Shown in pieces: positions 51,065 to 63,000 of a stretch of 64,000 bases of DNA. The DNA lies in the NCBI GenBank assembly GCA_036867785.1, contig CP145421.1, forward strand, positions 496,001 to 560,000. The letters run 5' to 3'. Origin of the DNA: Plasmodiophora brassicae. Lineage: Eukaryota. Position 1 is the stretch's first letter, and every line of letters starts with the position of its first letter. The translations under genes and the position numbers were made by a program. The notes under the pieces were generated by a model. That model was not told where the DNA came from. It searched no databases and saw nothing but the letters and a program-made list of their open reading frames with translations.

Positions 51065-52624
51065 ATGGTGATGACGTCGTGCCTGGCTGTCGTGGGGTTG
51101 GCCGTCGGCCTCGTCACGGTCGGCGATTCCTCTGAGCTGTCGAGGGCAATCGAACCGGTCGGCCAGGATATGTTCACCGGGCGGCGGTGGCGCGGCTGAT
51201 CCGTGGTGTCGTAGGTGGATCACCTGGCAGATTGGTCGTCGCTGGCGAAATATGTCGTTCTGCTGGGCGATTCGCCGGCGGGAAAGACGTCGGCAAGCGA
51301 TGTTGATGGTGCCGCTACGACATACACAACGATGACGCCTCTTGGTCAGCGTGTTGTTTGCACAATACCGGCGAACTCGAAAACCGAATACGCTGATGAG
51401 GCCCAGGACGAGAGCGCCGGAGAGCTGTCGCTGGAGAATAGGCGATCCAAGGCACTGGCGAAGTTTAAGAAACAGGTGAAAAGAAAATGTGTACAGAAAC
51501 CCGCCGGCTTCTGGACCTTCGAGATATGCCCTTTCGTGTCTGTGCGGCAAATCCATTACGAGGACACAAAGGAGGTGCTGTCGTTCTCGCTCGGCACATT
51601 CGAGAGTGACAGATGGGAAGACGATGGCACCTACGCACAAGAGTATGCTGGGGGGACGGATGGACGGCATGCGAAGGTTATAATGGCGTGCCCGACTGGC
51701 GAGCGCAAGAAGACACCTGGCGTCCTGACATTCCTGAAAGCCGAGGAGCCTCATCCGTTTACGGTAAGTAAATCGACGCCGACGCCACGTTGGAACGCTT
51801 ACCTATGTGTAGTACGTTGCATATGTTGAGGTCGGCTTCGTGTGCACGCCCTCCGCCCCTGTCAACACTCCTTTCCATTTGCTTGGCCCTCTCGCAACTA
51901 AGTGCATATTCCTGGTTGGTTGGTGCGCTCTTCATCACAACCGCGACTGACTATTCTAGAGTAGAATAAGGGGTGGTGGTCGTACGAGTACTGCCATCTG
52001 AAGTTTGTTCGCCAGTTTCATGCCGAGAAAGTCAGGATTAGCGGCGCGGAAGATGACCTGATCATTCGGTTTGAAACCGTAACAACGGCGGCTTTCACGC
52101 TTGGGTCTTGGGAAGGGAGCACAGACGAGGAGTCTATTAATGCAAAGACTTCTCTTGTGGCATTCGATAACAGCCCTTCATCTTCGTACTTCATGCAGGT
52201 TGGGCTTGTTGGACTCTGCCAGTGTCACTAATGGAATAACCGCATTGTATAGACGTACCGGGATGGAACTGTCTGCGACCTAACAGGAACGCCGCGTGAG
52301 ACCGAGATCCGGTTCATTTGCAACAAGGATTTGGACAGTTCTCGTTTCGCCAGCATTAAAGAGACCACGACCTGTCACTACCTTGTTGAGATCGAAACGC
52401 CCCTGATATGCTCTCATCCCAAGTTCATTGTTAAGGCCCCAGGTTCGTACCGTCCTGCAAAACTGCTGCCACATGAACCCTTAAGGTTATGTGCAGTTGT
52501 TCACGAAATCATATGTCGCACGAAGCAAGACGAAGCGGAAAAATTAACTACAGCAGTCGTACCAGTTATTGCAAAAGACGAATCCAGCAAACACGAAACC
52601 ACTAAACAGAAAGACGAACTGTGA
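51065..52624 (+). CDS. ER lectin of the OS-9/ERLEC1 family with two MRH domains, multi-exon
   Basis: Signal peptide; GFWTFEICPFVSVRQIH and GWWSYEYCHLKFVRQFH; GTVCDLTGTPRETEIRFIC..ETTTCHY..ETPLIC; C-terminal KDEL. Confidence 0.88.
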
Positions 52625-52712
52625 CGCATAACTTCGCGTTGACATTTAAAGCTGTATTAGGGACTTGACTGGGATCAGAACCATCATGGCAGACAACAGC
52701 GCCAGACTGGAT

Positions 52713-53165
52713 CTACACCCGGCTGGGGTACATGAAGACGCGAACGTACTTTCCGAGCGCCTGAGGCGGCAAGTTCGTGCGGAAGCGGCAGCGAACAAGC
52801 CCGTTGTTGCCATGAGCGCGCTGGACCTTCCCCCAGATGACACGGTAACGGGAGGTCTTGGGGCCTGCGGCACCCTTGGTGATGGTCTTCTGCGGGCGCT
52901 TCGCCTTGTAAATGTAGGCGACGCGCTTGCCCAGGTAGAAGTCAGTGTCAGTCTTGTCGTTGACACCCTCAATCTTGATCAGCGCCTTGCTGTGGATCAG
53001 CGTGTGTGCGCGACGCTTGAATGAGACGAAGACACCACGGGTGTACAATCTGGACACAGTATTAGACCGAATTCATCGAAACTTTCCAGATGCGCTAGAC
53101 CTAGTCGGCTGCGCCGTCTCAGAGACGGCTGACGCGTGGTTACTCTGGGCGGCAACCTCAGTCAT
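52713..53165 (-). CDS. RPL35A: 60S ribosomal protein L35a (eL33), 2 exons
   Basis: RLYTRG...[43 protein letters not shown]...[10 protein letters not shown]. Confidence 0.96.
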
Positions 53166-53372
53166 GATGACGGACGGCAAGGCTGGATAGACCACACAAC
53201 CAGTTTGAGAACGGGAGACGCGTGATCTCGCGGACTCCGTGCGGACTGCGCGCCAACATTAGGGCACCGTCCTATATGTGTGTGGTGCTTAGCCTCCCAG
53301 CGGAAATTCGTCAGCACTCGTATTCTACTCTACATAGCACCGCGTATGTTACACCACGTACCAGTAGAATAT

Positions 53373-55466
53373 TTACCAGTAGTCTCCGCAAGAGCATTTG
53401 CCGTTGACGAAGCGGTGGTGACGAGTCAGGTCGCGCAGGAATATCTCCCTGTTTAGGACGGAAGATGCGTGCTTGACGGCGTCGTGGCAATCAGGACACA
53501 TCCGCGCAAGCTTGGCCATCCGGATTGGATCGTTGCAGTCCGGCTGCACCTTCATGACGTAGGCAATCGATATCTTCTCGCTGTGCAGAGACAGAGATCT
53601 TGCTTCGTCCTCGTAATGCGCGAGCGGTTTCATGATGAGCGACCCATCTGGTTTGTACCCGTCCTCCGCCAGCCGTTGCATCAGCTGAGTGTGGTTGTCA
53701 CGAAGTCCAGGGTCAGCATGGTACTGGATATCAGCGGTGACGAAGTTGATACTCTTGCTGGATTGCTGCAGAGTCGTGCGGCCGGTCTCCTTTAGCAGGC
53801 CTCGCGTCCGCATGCTTTCTCGGAGCCTGTTGACATCGTCGCTGCGGCCAGCTCGTGCGTACAGACTCATCATCAGGGCAAACGCGGACAGGTATTGAGG
53901 AACCGTGATGTCCGGCAACTGTAGAACCTTGGCAAACACACGCTCGGCGCGCTCCAAGTCGCTGTGTTCGCGGCAGCCAGTGAGTACCGCTAGCCATATG
54001 CGGATGTCGGGGCTTTCGATCTCAGACGCAAGCTTCTCGCACGTGTTGAGGTCGCCGGCTCGTCCATGGAGATCGACCAGGTACTCAACGTGCTGAACGT
54101 CGCGAGGAATCTTCCAGGTCTCATCGAATTCGGTCAGGAATTCTCTAGCGCGGCCGATATCGCCAACATGAGCGCAGGCCACCAGAAGACCGGACAGTGT
54201 CCACTTCGTCGGCGTCAGACCAGCGGCCTTGAGCTGGTTGAACACGTCAATCGCATTCTGAAGCGCACCTTGGTTGCCGTAAGCGCCAATCATCGCGTTG
54301 AACGTGACAAGGTCAGGTGTTGACGCTTCGCAATGGGAACGGAACAGTTCCTCGGCGCGGTACAAATGCCCAGCATTGGCGTAAGCTGACACCAAAGTGC
54401 TCAGAACGACGTCATCCAGCATGAGCTCCTTGCCGACGCAATACTGATGAACAGTTTGCAAAGGCGTGATCTCGGAAACGCGACCAGCGGCACTGATCAG
54501 GCTGCACAGAACGGGGATCTCGATGTCGTATCCTCTGGGCACCATCGAGTTGAATGCCTGCATGGCCTGCGATACGCGGTCGACCTTCGCCAGGGCAGAC
54601 AGGATCATGTGGAAGATGAGCGGGGTCGGCGGCACCTTCAGCGCGTCCATCAGCATGATCGAGTTCAGCGCAGACTGCCAGCGCTCTTGCTGTAGCAAGG
54701 CGCGAACAACGTTGGCGAACATGTCCATGTCCCTGAAGTGTGATACACAGTTCGTCCGGATCAGGCTCAGGATTCGCTCAGCGATGTCGGCGCCCTGCTT
54801 GCTGTTCGCCTCGACACACATCAACGCAAAGTTCCGCAGCAACTTCTGGCTGACCTTGACATGATGGTTCGACGAGTGTGCGACCAGCACAAGCGCATCA
54901 TTGGCACGCCCCGCTGCCCTGGCCAACTGCGACATGGCCATGATACCGTTGTGGGTCCGAACAGGCGGCCCGATCTTCATGTACATGTCGAATGCCTCCT
55001 GGAACATGGGCGGGTCCGTTTTCGTGCAGGCGTCCACGAACGCGCAGAACATATTGTCGTTGATGGGAACAGTCCTCTCGATGGCGTCCTTGAGCACTTG
55101 GATGCCCTTCGTGGGCAGGCACCGCTTGCAGAATTGCATCATCGGCAGGAACGTACGCGCATCGGCACGAAGCCCCGACTCGAGCAGTCGTTGATAAACG
55201 CTCCAAACCCGTTCAGCATCATTGTCGAGCTTGAAGATCTGCGCGGCCAACTGGACCGTCGGCCTCTTCATGAAATCCTCCGACATTTCACTGAGGGACA
55301 ACGTCGGTGCCATGTCCGGGGTCACCACCGCCGGGAACTTCTCGCTCTCGGGCACCGCCGATGACGTGAACCGCTGCCCGCGTACGAGTCGCTGAACGCC
55401 CGACGCCGCATCGACACGCCATACGCGCGAACAACGAACAGCGGATCGGGCAGTGGCGCGCATCAT
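53373..55466 (-). CDS. PLS-class pentatricopeptide repeat protein with E1/E2 and DYW cytidine-deaminase-like domain, intronless
   Basis: PPR motifs (LVTFNAMIGAYGNQG..., LLVACAHVG, LVDLHGRAG), E-domain IWLAVLTGCREH, then HSEK...CPDCH...HHRF..GKCSCGDYW-stop. Arg/Ser/Ala-rich leader. Confidence 0.95.
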   Translation of the reverse strand: MMRATARSAVRCSRVWRVDAASGVQRLVRGQRFTSSAVPESEKFPAVVTPDMAPTLSLSEMSEDFMKRPTVQLAAQIFKLDNDAERVWSVYQRLLESGLRADARTFLPMMQFCKRCLPTKGIQVLKDAIERTVPINDNMFCAFVDACTKTDPPMFQEAFDMYMKIGPPVRTHNGIMAMSQLARAAGRANDALVLVAHSSNHHVKVSQKLLRNFALMCVEANSKQGADIAERILSLIRTNCVSHFRDMDMFANVVRALLQQERWQSALNSIMLMDALKVPPTPLIFHMILSALAKVDRVSQAMQAFNSMVPRGYDIEIPVLCSLISAAGRVSEITPLQTVHQYCVGKELMLDDVVLSTLVSAYANAGHLYRAEELFRSHCEASTPDLVTFNAMIGAYGNQGALQNAIDVFNQLKAAGLTPTKWTLSGLLVACAHVGDIGRAREFLTEFDETWKIPRDVQHVEYLVDLHGRAGDLNTCEKLASEIESPDIRIWLAVLTGCREHSDLERAERVFAKVLQLPDITVPQYLSAFALMMSLYARAGRSDDVNRLRESMRTRGLLKETGRTTLQQSSKSINFVTADIQYHADPGLRDNHTQLMQRLAEDGYKPDGSLIMKPLAHYEDEARSLSLHSEKISIAYVMKVQPDCNDPIRMAKLARMCPDCHDAVKHASSVLNREIFLRDLTRHHRFVNGKCSCGDYW

Positions 55467-55712
55467 GCCGGCACGTCAGCTGCGCTGCAATTCGCGGTAT
55501 CCGCCGGGAAGACCGACGCGACGCTCTTCGGACTCGGGGGACCACCGTGGCAGGGTGCAGCTCTCGGCCAGCCGCATTTCCGGACGCATGTGCCAACTGG
55601 CTGCACGCCGAATCGGGAAGTGTGTGTATTCCCCCGTCTGACAGTGGCAGACTCTGCGCCACTTACCGAATGTCCGTCTCGCGACTCGACGGTAACGCGG
55701 AACTGCACATCG

Positions 55713-57101
55713 ATGCAGCGCACGCGGTCGGGGGGTGCCGGGTGTGGTCATTTTTCCGGAACGGGCGGGGCGGGCCGCCGTATGTTGGCGACAGCAGCGT
55801 CGGCGATAGCGGGCGGCGCGTGCGTCGTCGGCGGGTGCTGGACGCACTGGCGGTGCCTGGGTCGTCCGCCGGCGTCGTGGAAGCTGGCGCGGGCCGCGTT
55901 CGGTGGGTCGTTGCGTCCGCCGCATGAGGACGGGTGCGCGCCAGCAGCGCGGCATCTGGCGTTCGCCAGCGGTGCTGCCTTATCCGGATTCGCGCTGATG
56001 GAATCAGCGTTTGGTCACGTTGGGCTGAATGTCGTTGATGGGTTGCATCCTCTGCTTCCCACAATTGTCGGCAGTGGTTTGCTGGTAGGCATCACAAGAA
56101 GGGCTGGCTAGGCTGATCGACCACTGATACATTCACACCAGGCGGGGATTGGTGCTCAAATCGCACGAGGCAGCATGCTGACGCACATAATGCAGTGTGG
56201 GTTTCAGTCGTCGGGCAGACGCGAATCGGCTGTCAGTGCTATCACGGCGGGTGCTGCCGCTGTCGGAACATCGCTGGTCGGCCATCTGAACCCGGACCTG
56301 TTCTTCGTCGATCCCAGCGCCGCTAGGCACAGCATGGACGCTGCCATAATGTTTGATGGATCATCTATGGTCGCGTTTACCGCAGCCGGGCTACTGTTCA
56401 TTGCTCTCAGGTTGGTTCGAAACGTCACAGAAGCATGAAGAAAACGAACCGCGGTATAGGCAGCATGGTTTCACGAAATCGAACGTTATTCCAGTTCTGG
56501 GTGCATTCTCGTCAGGTGCCCTCGTTGGTCTCGGATGTGGACTCATGGGCCTGTAATCAACAGAATTGTCAAGTTCTCTACCGTGGATCCTGATAGTGGT
56601 TCTGGTCTAGAACTAACGCTCAGAACATCGCTGCGTTAACGAGCCTGTCTTCCGCAGCCGATCCCTCGGTTCTACTGGTACTTGTGTAACTGAAGTGTAC
56701 TGCGTTCTGTGCTCAATCTCGTTTAGGGCGTTGCGACGGCTGTTGCTGGCAACGTCTTTATTATGCCCCGCATCAAGCGGTTGCCAGACGATTCGTCCGC
56801 GTCTGTGGTGGTGGACTCGCACGCTGCAAGCGTGAACCAGTCGATCATAGGTTCAACGCTATTCGGCATCGGTGGGTTTGTGTCTTTGCGCATGCACTCG
56901 TTCTCACCTAAGCGCGTATCAGGGATGGGACTGACAGGGACAGTCCCGATTGCTGCATTAGTAAGCCTTAGCACTGGCTCGACAAGCGTATGGGTATGGA
57001 CAGCCTCGATGCTAGCGGGGACTGCCTCAGTCCAACTTGCCAAGCATTTGCGTTATAAGCGTCACAGTTCAACGCTATTGGAAGAATCGCCGGCAGCATA
57101 G
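55713..57101 (+). CDS. Multi-pass membrane protein, TauE/SafE (sulfite exporter)-like, multi-exon; start uncertain
   Basis: Several Gly-rich hydrophobic exons (AAAVGTSL, GALVGLGCGLMGL, SMLAGTASVQLAKHL). Family call is tentative. Confidence 0.5.
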
Positions 57102-57391
57102 CTGACGTTATCTTCACCATACATGCAATTATTATCATCGTACTGGGACGCGAATCGAGGCATTTCTGTGACCTGTGACGGTCGGATCGGTATTATCAGT
57201 CGCCCAGAGGCAGAACGCACTCACGGTCGTGCCCTTCTGGAACAGTACAGTACCGCCCTGCTCTGTAACGTGATCTTCCGAACGCGGCTCCGTTTGTCTT
57301 CCAGCGGGTACAGCGCCCGTGCGACCTGGAATCTGCCATACCGTTTTGGATACGTGCCGTCTTCACGCCAGTTCCCGGTTGTGGCACTCGT

Positions 57392-59236
57392 ATGTCACCT
57401 ACTGTGCTATTACTGATCTGTTGCATCGCATCATCTGCGGGGCGGCTAGTCGTCGTTGACCTGAGCGTCGATGTTGGGAGTGTCGCGCCCGACGGTGTTC
57501 CTGTTGACGCGCTGCTGGTGAACGGTCAATTCCCAGGGCCCGAGATCCACGCGAACGCTGGCGATCGCCTGGAGATCACCGTTCGCAACCAGCAACTCAA
57601 CGGCAGCATCTCGATCCACTTACAGTAAGCGACGCGGCCCGTCGAACGATCTGATCCTGCTTACACCGCGTAGCGGTATCGCACAGCATGGGACCCCGTT
57701 CTATGATGGTGCGGCTGGCGTTAATCAGGCCCCGATTCCTCCTTTGTCCCAGTACACACTCCGTGTCCAGGTTCGCGTCAGGGGTATCACATCCGTTCGA
57801 GCAATAGCTTCTGAGATCGCTCCACAGCTGGGGGAACGCGAATCCGGAACGTTCTTCTACCACGCCCACAGTGGCCTGGACCAGAGCGTGGTCGGCGCTC
57901 TCATTGTCCATAATGACGAACGCGATCACGCCGTGATGAACTACGACGACGAGCGAGTCATTCTGCTGTCAGACTGGTGGCATGCATCGATGGAGTCGCT
58001 GATCGACGGTCTTATGGGAACACCTTTCAAATGGATCGGCGATGCACAGTCCATCCTGACGAACGGCCGTTCTCCTCCGTCGTCCTGTTCTGATTCCACT
58101 GTGGCGAATGCCGCCTTGTGCCCTATGGACGCGTTCACCGCCGTCACGGTTGACCCGGACAGGACGTATCGGTTGCGTATTATCAACGCTGGCGGCCTCG
58201 GCTACTTCACGTTCTCCATCGTTGGCCATCCGATGACGATCGTTGAGGTCGAGGGCACCATTACGGAGCCTGTCGTCGTGGACCATCTGGAGATCAACTC
58301 TGGCCAGCGATACTCTGTACTGATCACAACGAACCAGACGTCCGCATCCAACTTCTGGATGAAGACTGGAGGTTATCCATCCTTGTCTAGTGCTGTAGCA
58401 TGAGCTGTTAGACTGACCGGACCATCACAGTGCGTTATCGACCGTCGGGCCCTACAAATGGGTACGCCCTGCTTCGGTACTCTTCTAAGTCAACAAACGT
58501 TCCTCCTGCATCAGAACTTCCAGTCCTGCCAAAGGAAAAGGTCGGGTGGGTTCTTGATCAGTTGCATCCGAAGTTCGACGAGGATCGCTGCCCGACGGGC
58601 GACCCTGACACGACGCTTGTACTAGTCGGGCGACAGAAATCCTTATCTCGTGGACGTGTCATCTGGGCAATCAATGATATCGCATTGGAAATGGAGGACA
58701 TTCCAGGGGGCTCCATGCTGAAACATGCATATGACGGCACTTTGGACACGCTTCCCGAGAACCAGCGCCCACTGGCTGCCGTTCCCGTCGGGTCTGTAGT
58801 CGATGTCGTTCTAGTGAATACGGCGGCGCTGAACGGCATCTGCGAAGAGCACCCATGGCACCTTCATTCGACGTCGTTCTGGGTGCTTGCACGAGGCAAC
58901 GGGTCGTTCGATCCGGAGGCAGCTGCCCGGGTCCAGAGGCATTCCCCAATTCGCAGGGACACGGAGACGCTGTACCCATTCTCCGGGGCGTACTTCCAGC
59001 ACCAGCTGTCGCCAGGGCAGCATTGCGGATGGACACTGCTAAGGTTTGTGGCTGACAATGCCGGTGTCTGGCCGTTTCACTGCCATGTCATATCTCATAT
59101 GGTAAGCCCTGAGCGCGCCTACGCAATTGAGTGATTCGCTAAGGTTCCGCAGATCATGGGCATGGCTGTAGCGATCAATGTTGTACCAAGTAACGGATAC
59201 GGGACTCTAGACCCACTGCCAAGCGACTTCCCGTAA
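57392..59236 (+). CDS. Secreted multicopper oxidase (ascorbate oxidase/laccase-like), multi-exon
   Basis: Signal peptide; NGQFPGPEI; all four Cu motifs (IHLH|G, FYHAH, HPWHLH, WPFHCHVISHM|IMGM); LLSDWWH. Confidence 0.93.
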
Positions 59237-59811
59237 ACAGCGCCGGCGAGCGAACTCCAGATAATCACACGATATAATACACCAAGCGCGGTGCGCATCT
59301 AGTAGAACGATCATTCATTGCAACTCCAACCTGCTGAGTCATACAGCGTGTTGCGTCAGGTACCACACGAATGGGCCGTGCGGCATAAAGTCTACGAATC
59401 ATTTCGGGCGCGTGCATTGACGTCGATCTGTGGGTGCTGAGAAGCGACATGACGACTGCAACGTAATCTGCCCACCGCTATCCATTAGCGATGCCCTTGC
59501 AACTCCGTCCGGTGCATCCTGATTCCGGGAGCAGCGTACTCCAATGGGAGATGCAACTTGTGCTCCCTAACGTTCTCCTTTCAGCATAGGTTTCACCGAT
59601 CTCGCGCCCCATGCTCATCGTGCCTCAGGCACCTCGATTGGATCTGGCTTCAGGTCAAACACGTCGAACTTATGTGTGGACCATATCTTTCCGCCTCCGG
59701 CGCTCATACCACGACTGGACACACACAAATCTGCCCCAATCTTGATAATTTGTGCAACGATATGTTATTTAAACATAATCCTGCGCATTGACGGTACATA
59801 ATGTCATCGAT

Positions 59812-59897
59812 GCCTCTGTGGCCGAGTTGGTTAAGGCGTCAGATTTAAGACCTGATTCGCTGAAAGGCGAGCACGGGTTCGATTCCCGTCGGAGGCA
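59812..59897 (+). tRNA. tRNA-Leu (anticodon TAA)
   Basis: Acceptor stem GCCTCTG/CGGAGGC, A box TGGCCGAGTTGG, anticodon loop TT-TAA-GA, long variable arm, GGTTCGATTCC B box. Confidence 0.93.
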
Positions 59898-59900
59898 TCA

Positions 59901-59905
59901 TTTTT
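59901..59905 (+). terminator. RNA polymerase III oligo-T terminator
   Basis: TTTTT three bases after the tRNA 3' end. Confidence 0.75.
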
Positions 59906-60051
59906 GCGAGCCGTAGCAATTTGTGCCGACGAAGGTGAACTGCTGGAGTCCTCTCTTTCGACTGTCCTTGCCCGCCTGGTGCTCAACCTTCCTGGTTTGC
60001 GTGCGCACTGTGACAAAGAACGTTGCTGCCACCGGACACGATTTGTTCTGA

Positions 60052-63000
60052 ATGCCACGTTATGCATCCGCAGAACCACCCCCGGAATCGTCTACTGCTT
60101 CCGCCAGGCCATGCTCTGCAGAACCGAACAAAATAGTATTCGAGATTACGGGAGAGGGGGCGCCGGCCGTCCAATCGCCAGAGTTCGCGCGGGATTTTGA
60201 TTCCGTTTTGGCACTGGCGGACCCGCCGCCGCTGTGCATGATCCGACATGGTGATCGTCGACATTGACAAGGAGAACAACCCGGACGCGGCGCGGACGTC
60301 GGACGAGGGATGCCTTGCACTGTCGGACAAGGCGCCCGGGTCGCGAGAATGTTCCCAGTGCGCGTGCTTGCGCGAGCAGTTGATCAACGTGACGGAGGAC
60401 GCCCGCGAGTTCGAACGGAAGTTCAGCGAAATCCGGAACGAGGGCGAGCGTCTGTATCAGTCGTACGAGATCAAGTGTTCGAAGTTGAAGGATGCCATCG
60501 AGTCGAATATCAGTCTGAGCGACGAGAACCAGCGATTGTATGATCAGAATCAGTCGCTGGCGGAACGGCTGGCAATGGCGCAGCAGAAGCTGGCGAATGT
60601 GGCGTGTAACGCCGCGCAACCGGTCAATTATTCGGCAGACTTCGACCGCGTTAACCGCCTATGCGAACAGCAGGCGAAAATGATCGATGAACTCAGAGCG
60701 CAGCTTAGCGAGGAGCGGCTGGAGGCCCAGCAGAAAATCATTGGCCTCAATGCCCTAGTCGAAGAATCGAAAAAGCCTCCGTTTGAGCTTAAACTTGAGG
60801 TAAGGCATTTCGTCATTGCTCCAGCAAGCTGTCTTAATGTCAGTTGCGCAGGTTGTCGTTCCAAATCGAATTTCGGCCGCTGAAGCTCGGGCGGCGGAAT
60901 TGTACACCGTTGCCGACTCGGAGATCCTCCAAGGCATGTCGTCGCAAGAACTTCGCGAGCAAATCGACCAGATCTGTATCAGCAATCAACTGCTGCGAGA
61001 CGAGGCGCGCGAGCTCAATGCTAAGGTGATCGAGCTAGAGCAGAAGATCGCCAAGAAGGAAACGACAATCGAAGGTCTGCAGGCGAATGTCCAACGCACC
61101 AGTGATTTCGAGGCTCGAGCGTCGGCTCATGAAAACGGTATGCGCGCGGGACCGGCGCCTGGATTACATGGCGTGTCTTGACAGTTGGCACCCAGAGCTT
61201 CACGCTGTTCAAGGCGACCTGAACTCTGCGCTGAAAGCGTGTTCCGAGTTACAACGCGAACGGGAAGACCTTATCAGTCGTATCGATAGGCTCAGTCACC
61301 AGATAGATAGGTCGGTACCGACGTGCAATCATGATCCAGAGTGGCATCTGACGATGAGTATGTAGTGAGCGACGGACGTTCCAGGCTGAAGCAGAAACGA
61401 GCGTTGCGACTATCAGCGACCTTGAAAGGCAGGTCACGGAAGCAAAGGTGCGTTTCCAAGCTGTTAGCGCCGTCGAAAACCTGTTGTTTCATCGTCGCGC
61501 TCTAGGCGGAAATATCGCGTATCCGAGGTGCCGAAGTCCAACTTGGAACGATTCGTGAGGAAGAGCAGAAACTAAGAGCGCAACTGGTGCAGCAGGAGGC
61601 AGCATACAAGAATGCACAGGTGCGCCGGTTCTGCGCTTGTTGCATAAGTTGTACCCAGAATTCAACTCTGCGGTACAGGCCGATCTGAGGCGTGTATATG
61701 CTAAGCATAAGAAAGACTTGGCGGATCTTGAGGCCACCTATCGTCAAGGAGATTACATCCAGCGATATGAGCGCCTCGCGTTGCGGAGTCGTCATGTCGA
61801 TACCCTAGCGAAGGCTGTTAATGTTGCCGTCCCTCGTGTGAAACGTCTCATCGAGGTACCGCTCTGAATCTGATGCGAATTGTCGCTAACTGTTATTTTA
61901 GATGAACCACGAAATCGCTAATGCTTTGTGTCAAAATAAGCAGCAATTGTCATCTGAGTGGCAAATGCTCGAGCAGCAACGAGCAGAAGCAGAGAAACGA
62001 GTTGACGATTTAGAATCTGAGCTGCAAGACGCGACACGTCAGCGCCACGATCTGTGTCGGCAGGCAAGTGAGCGATGCAGCAAGTGGCTCTTATCCGGTT
62101 TTGAAATTGTTTATACTAGTTGGATACATTGAAATCGAGGATGGCGTCCCTTGAACAGGACATCGAATGGGAACGCCAACAGAAACAAGAACTCGTTCTT
62201 GAGAAGGAGCGTGCGATCGCGGAAATTAAGTATGTTCAGATTCAGGTGGGCAACGTGACAAGCACTGTCATGAGTTATGGCTAATCGGTGCAGACGATTG
62301 TTCGCGCTACTGTTTCCGAAGCTGTGCACAAGAGCCAGACTTCCTCAATCGTTTCCTCTCTGAGGAAAGATATTGAGCAGCAGAAGAAGGAGTTCGAAGC
62401 GCAGACGTCGGCACTGGCGGACCGAGAATGGGAACTCTGCAAAGCCCGAACGGCAGTTGAAGAGGAAGCTGCTGCCAATAGTTTACGGCAGTCGCAGCTC
62501 GAATCTGGTTGGTTGGGAGTTGCTGGTGTTGGAGTTTATGTCGTGTGACAAATTGCTTTAGAGCTGGCGCGCCTGCAAGACCTGGAAATCAAGGCTGCCT
62601 CTGGCCAGTCAGAGTTGCGACGCTTGCGTCGTGAGAAGGAAGAGCTCACAGAGTTCATTGAGCAAGAACGTCAGATCAGCTGTCAACGGATCGTGGACTT
62701 GGAGTACAGTAACCGGATGCTCACAGACGAGCTCACAGCTGCACAGGTACGGTCACGATTGCTCAGCAGAACTCGCTCTGACGGTATGTTATAGGCAACG
62801 ATTCACTCCCTTCAAACCAGCATGGATTCTCGCGAGCCGGACAAAGAGCTTCAGATCGCACTGGAGACGATCGCTGCTCTGGAACAGCAGATTCAGGCTG
62901 TCAGGCTTCACCCTTTCGTCCGCCATTTCTTTCCTTGCTGACGGTTTTTCAGGACGCGGCTACTGCTGAAGAGCGACTCGAGATGAGCACCCAAGACGCG

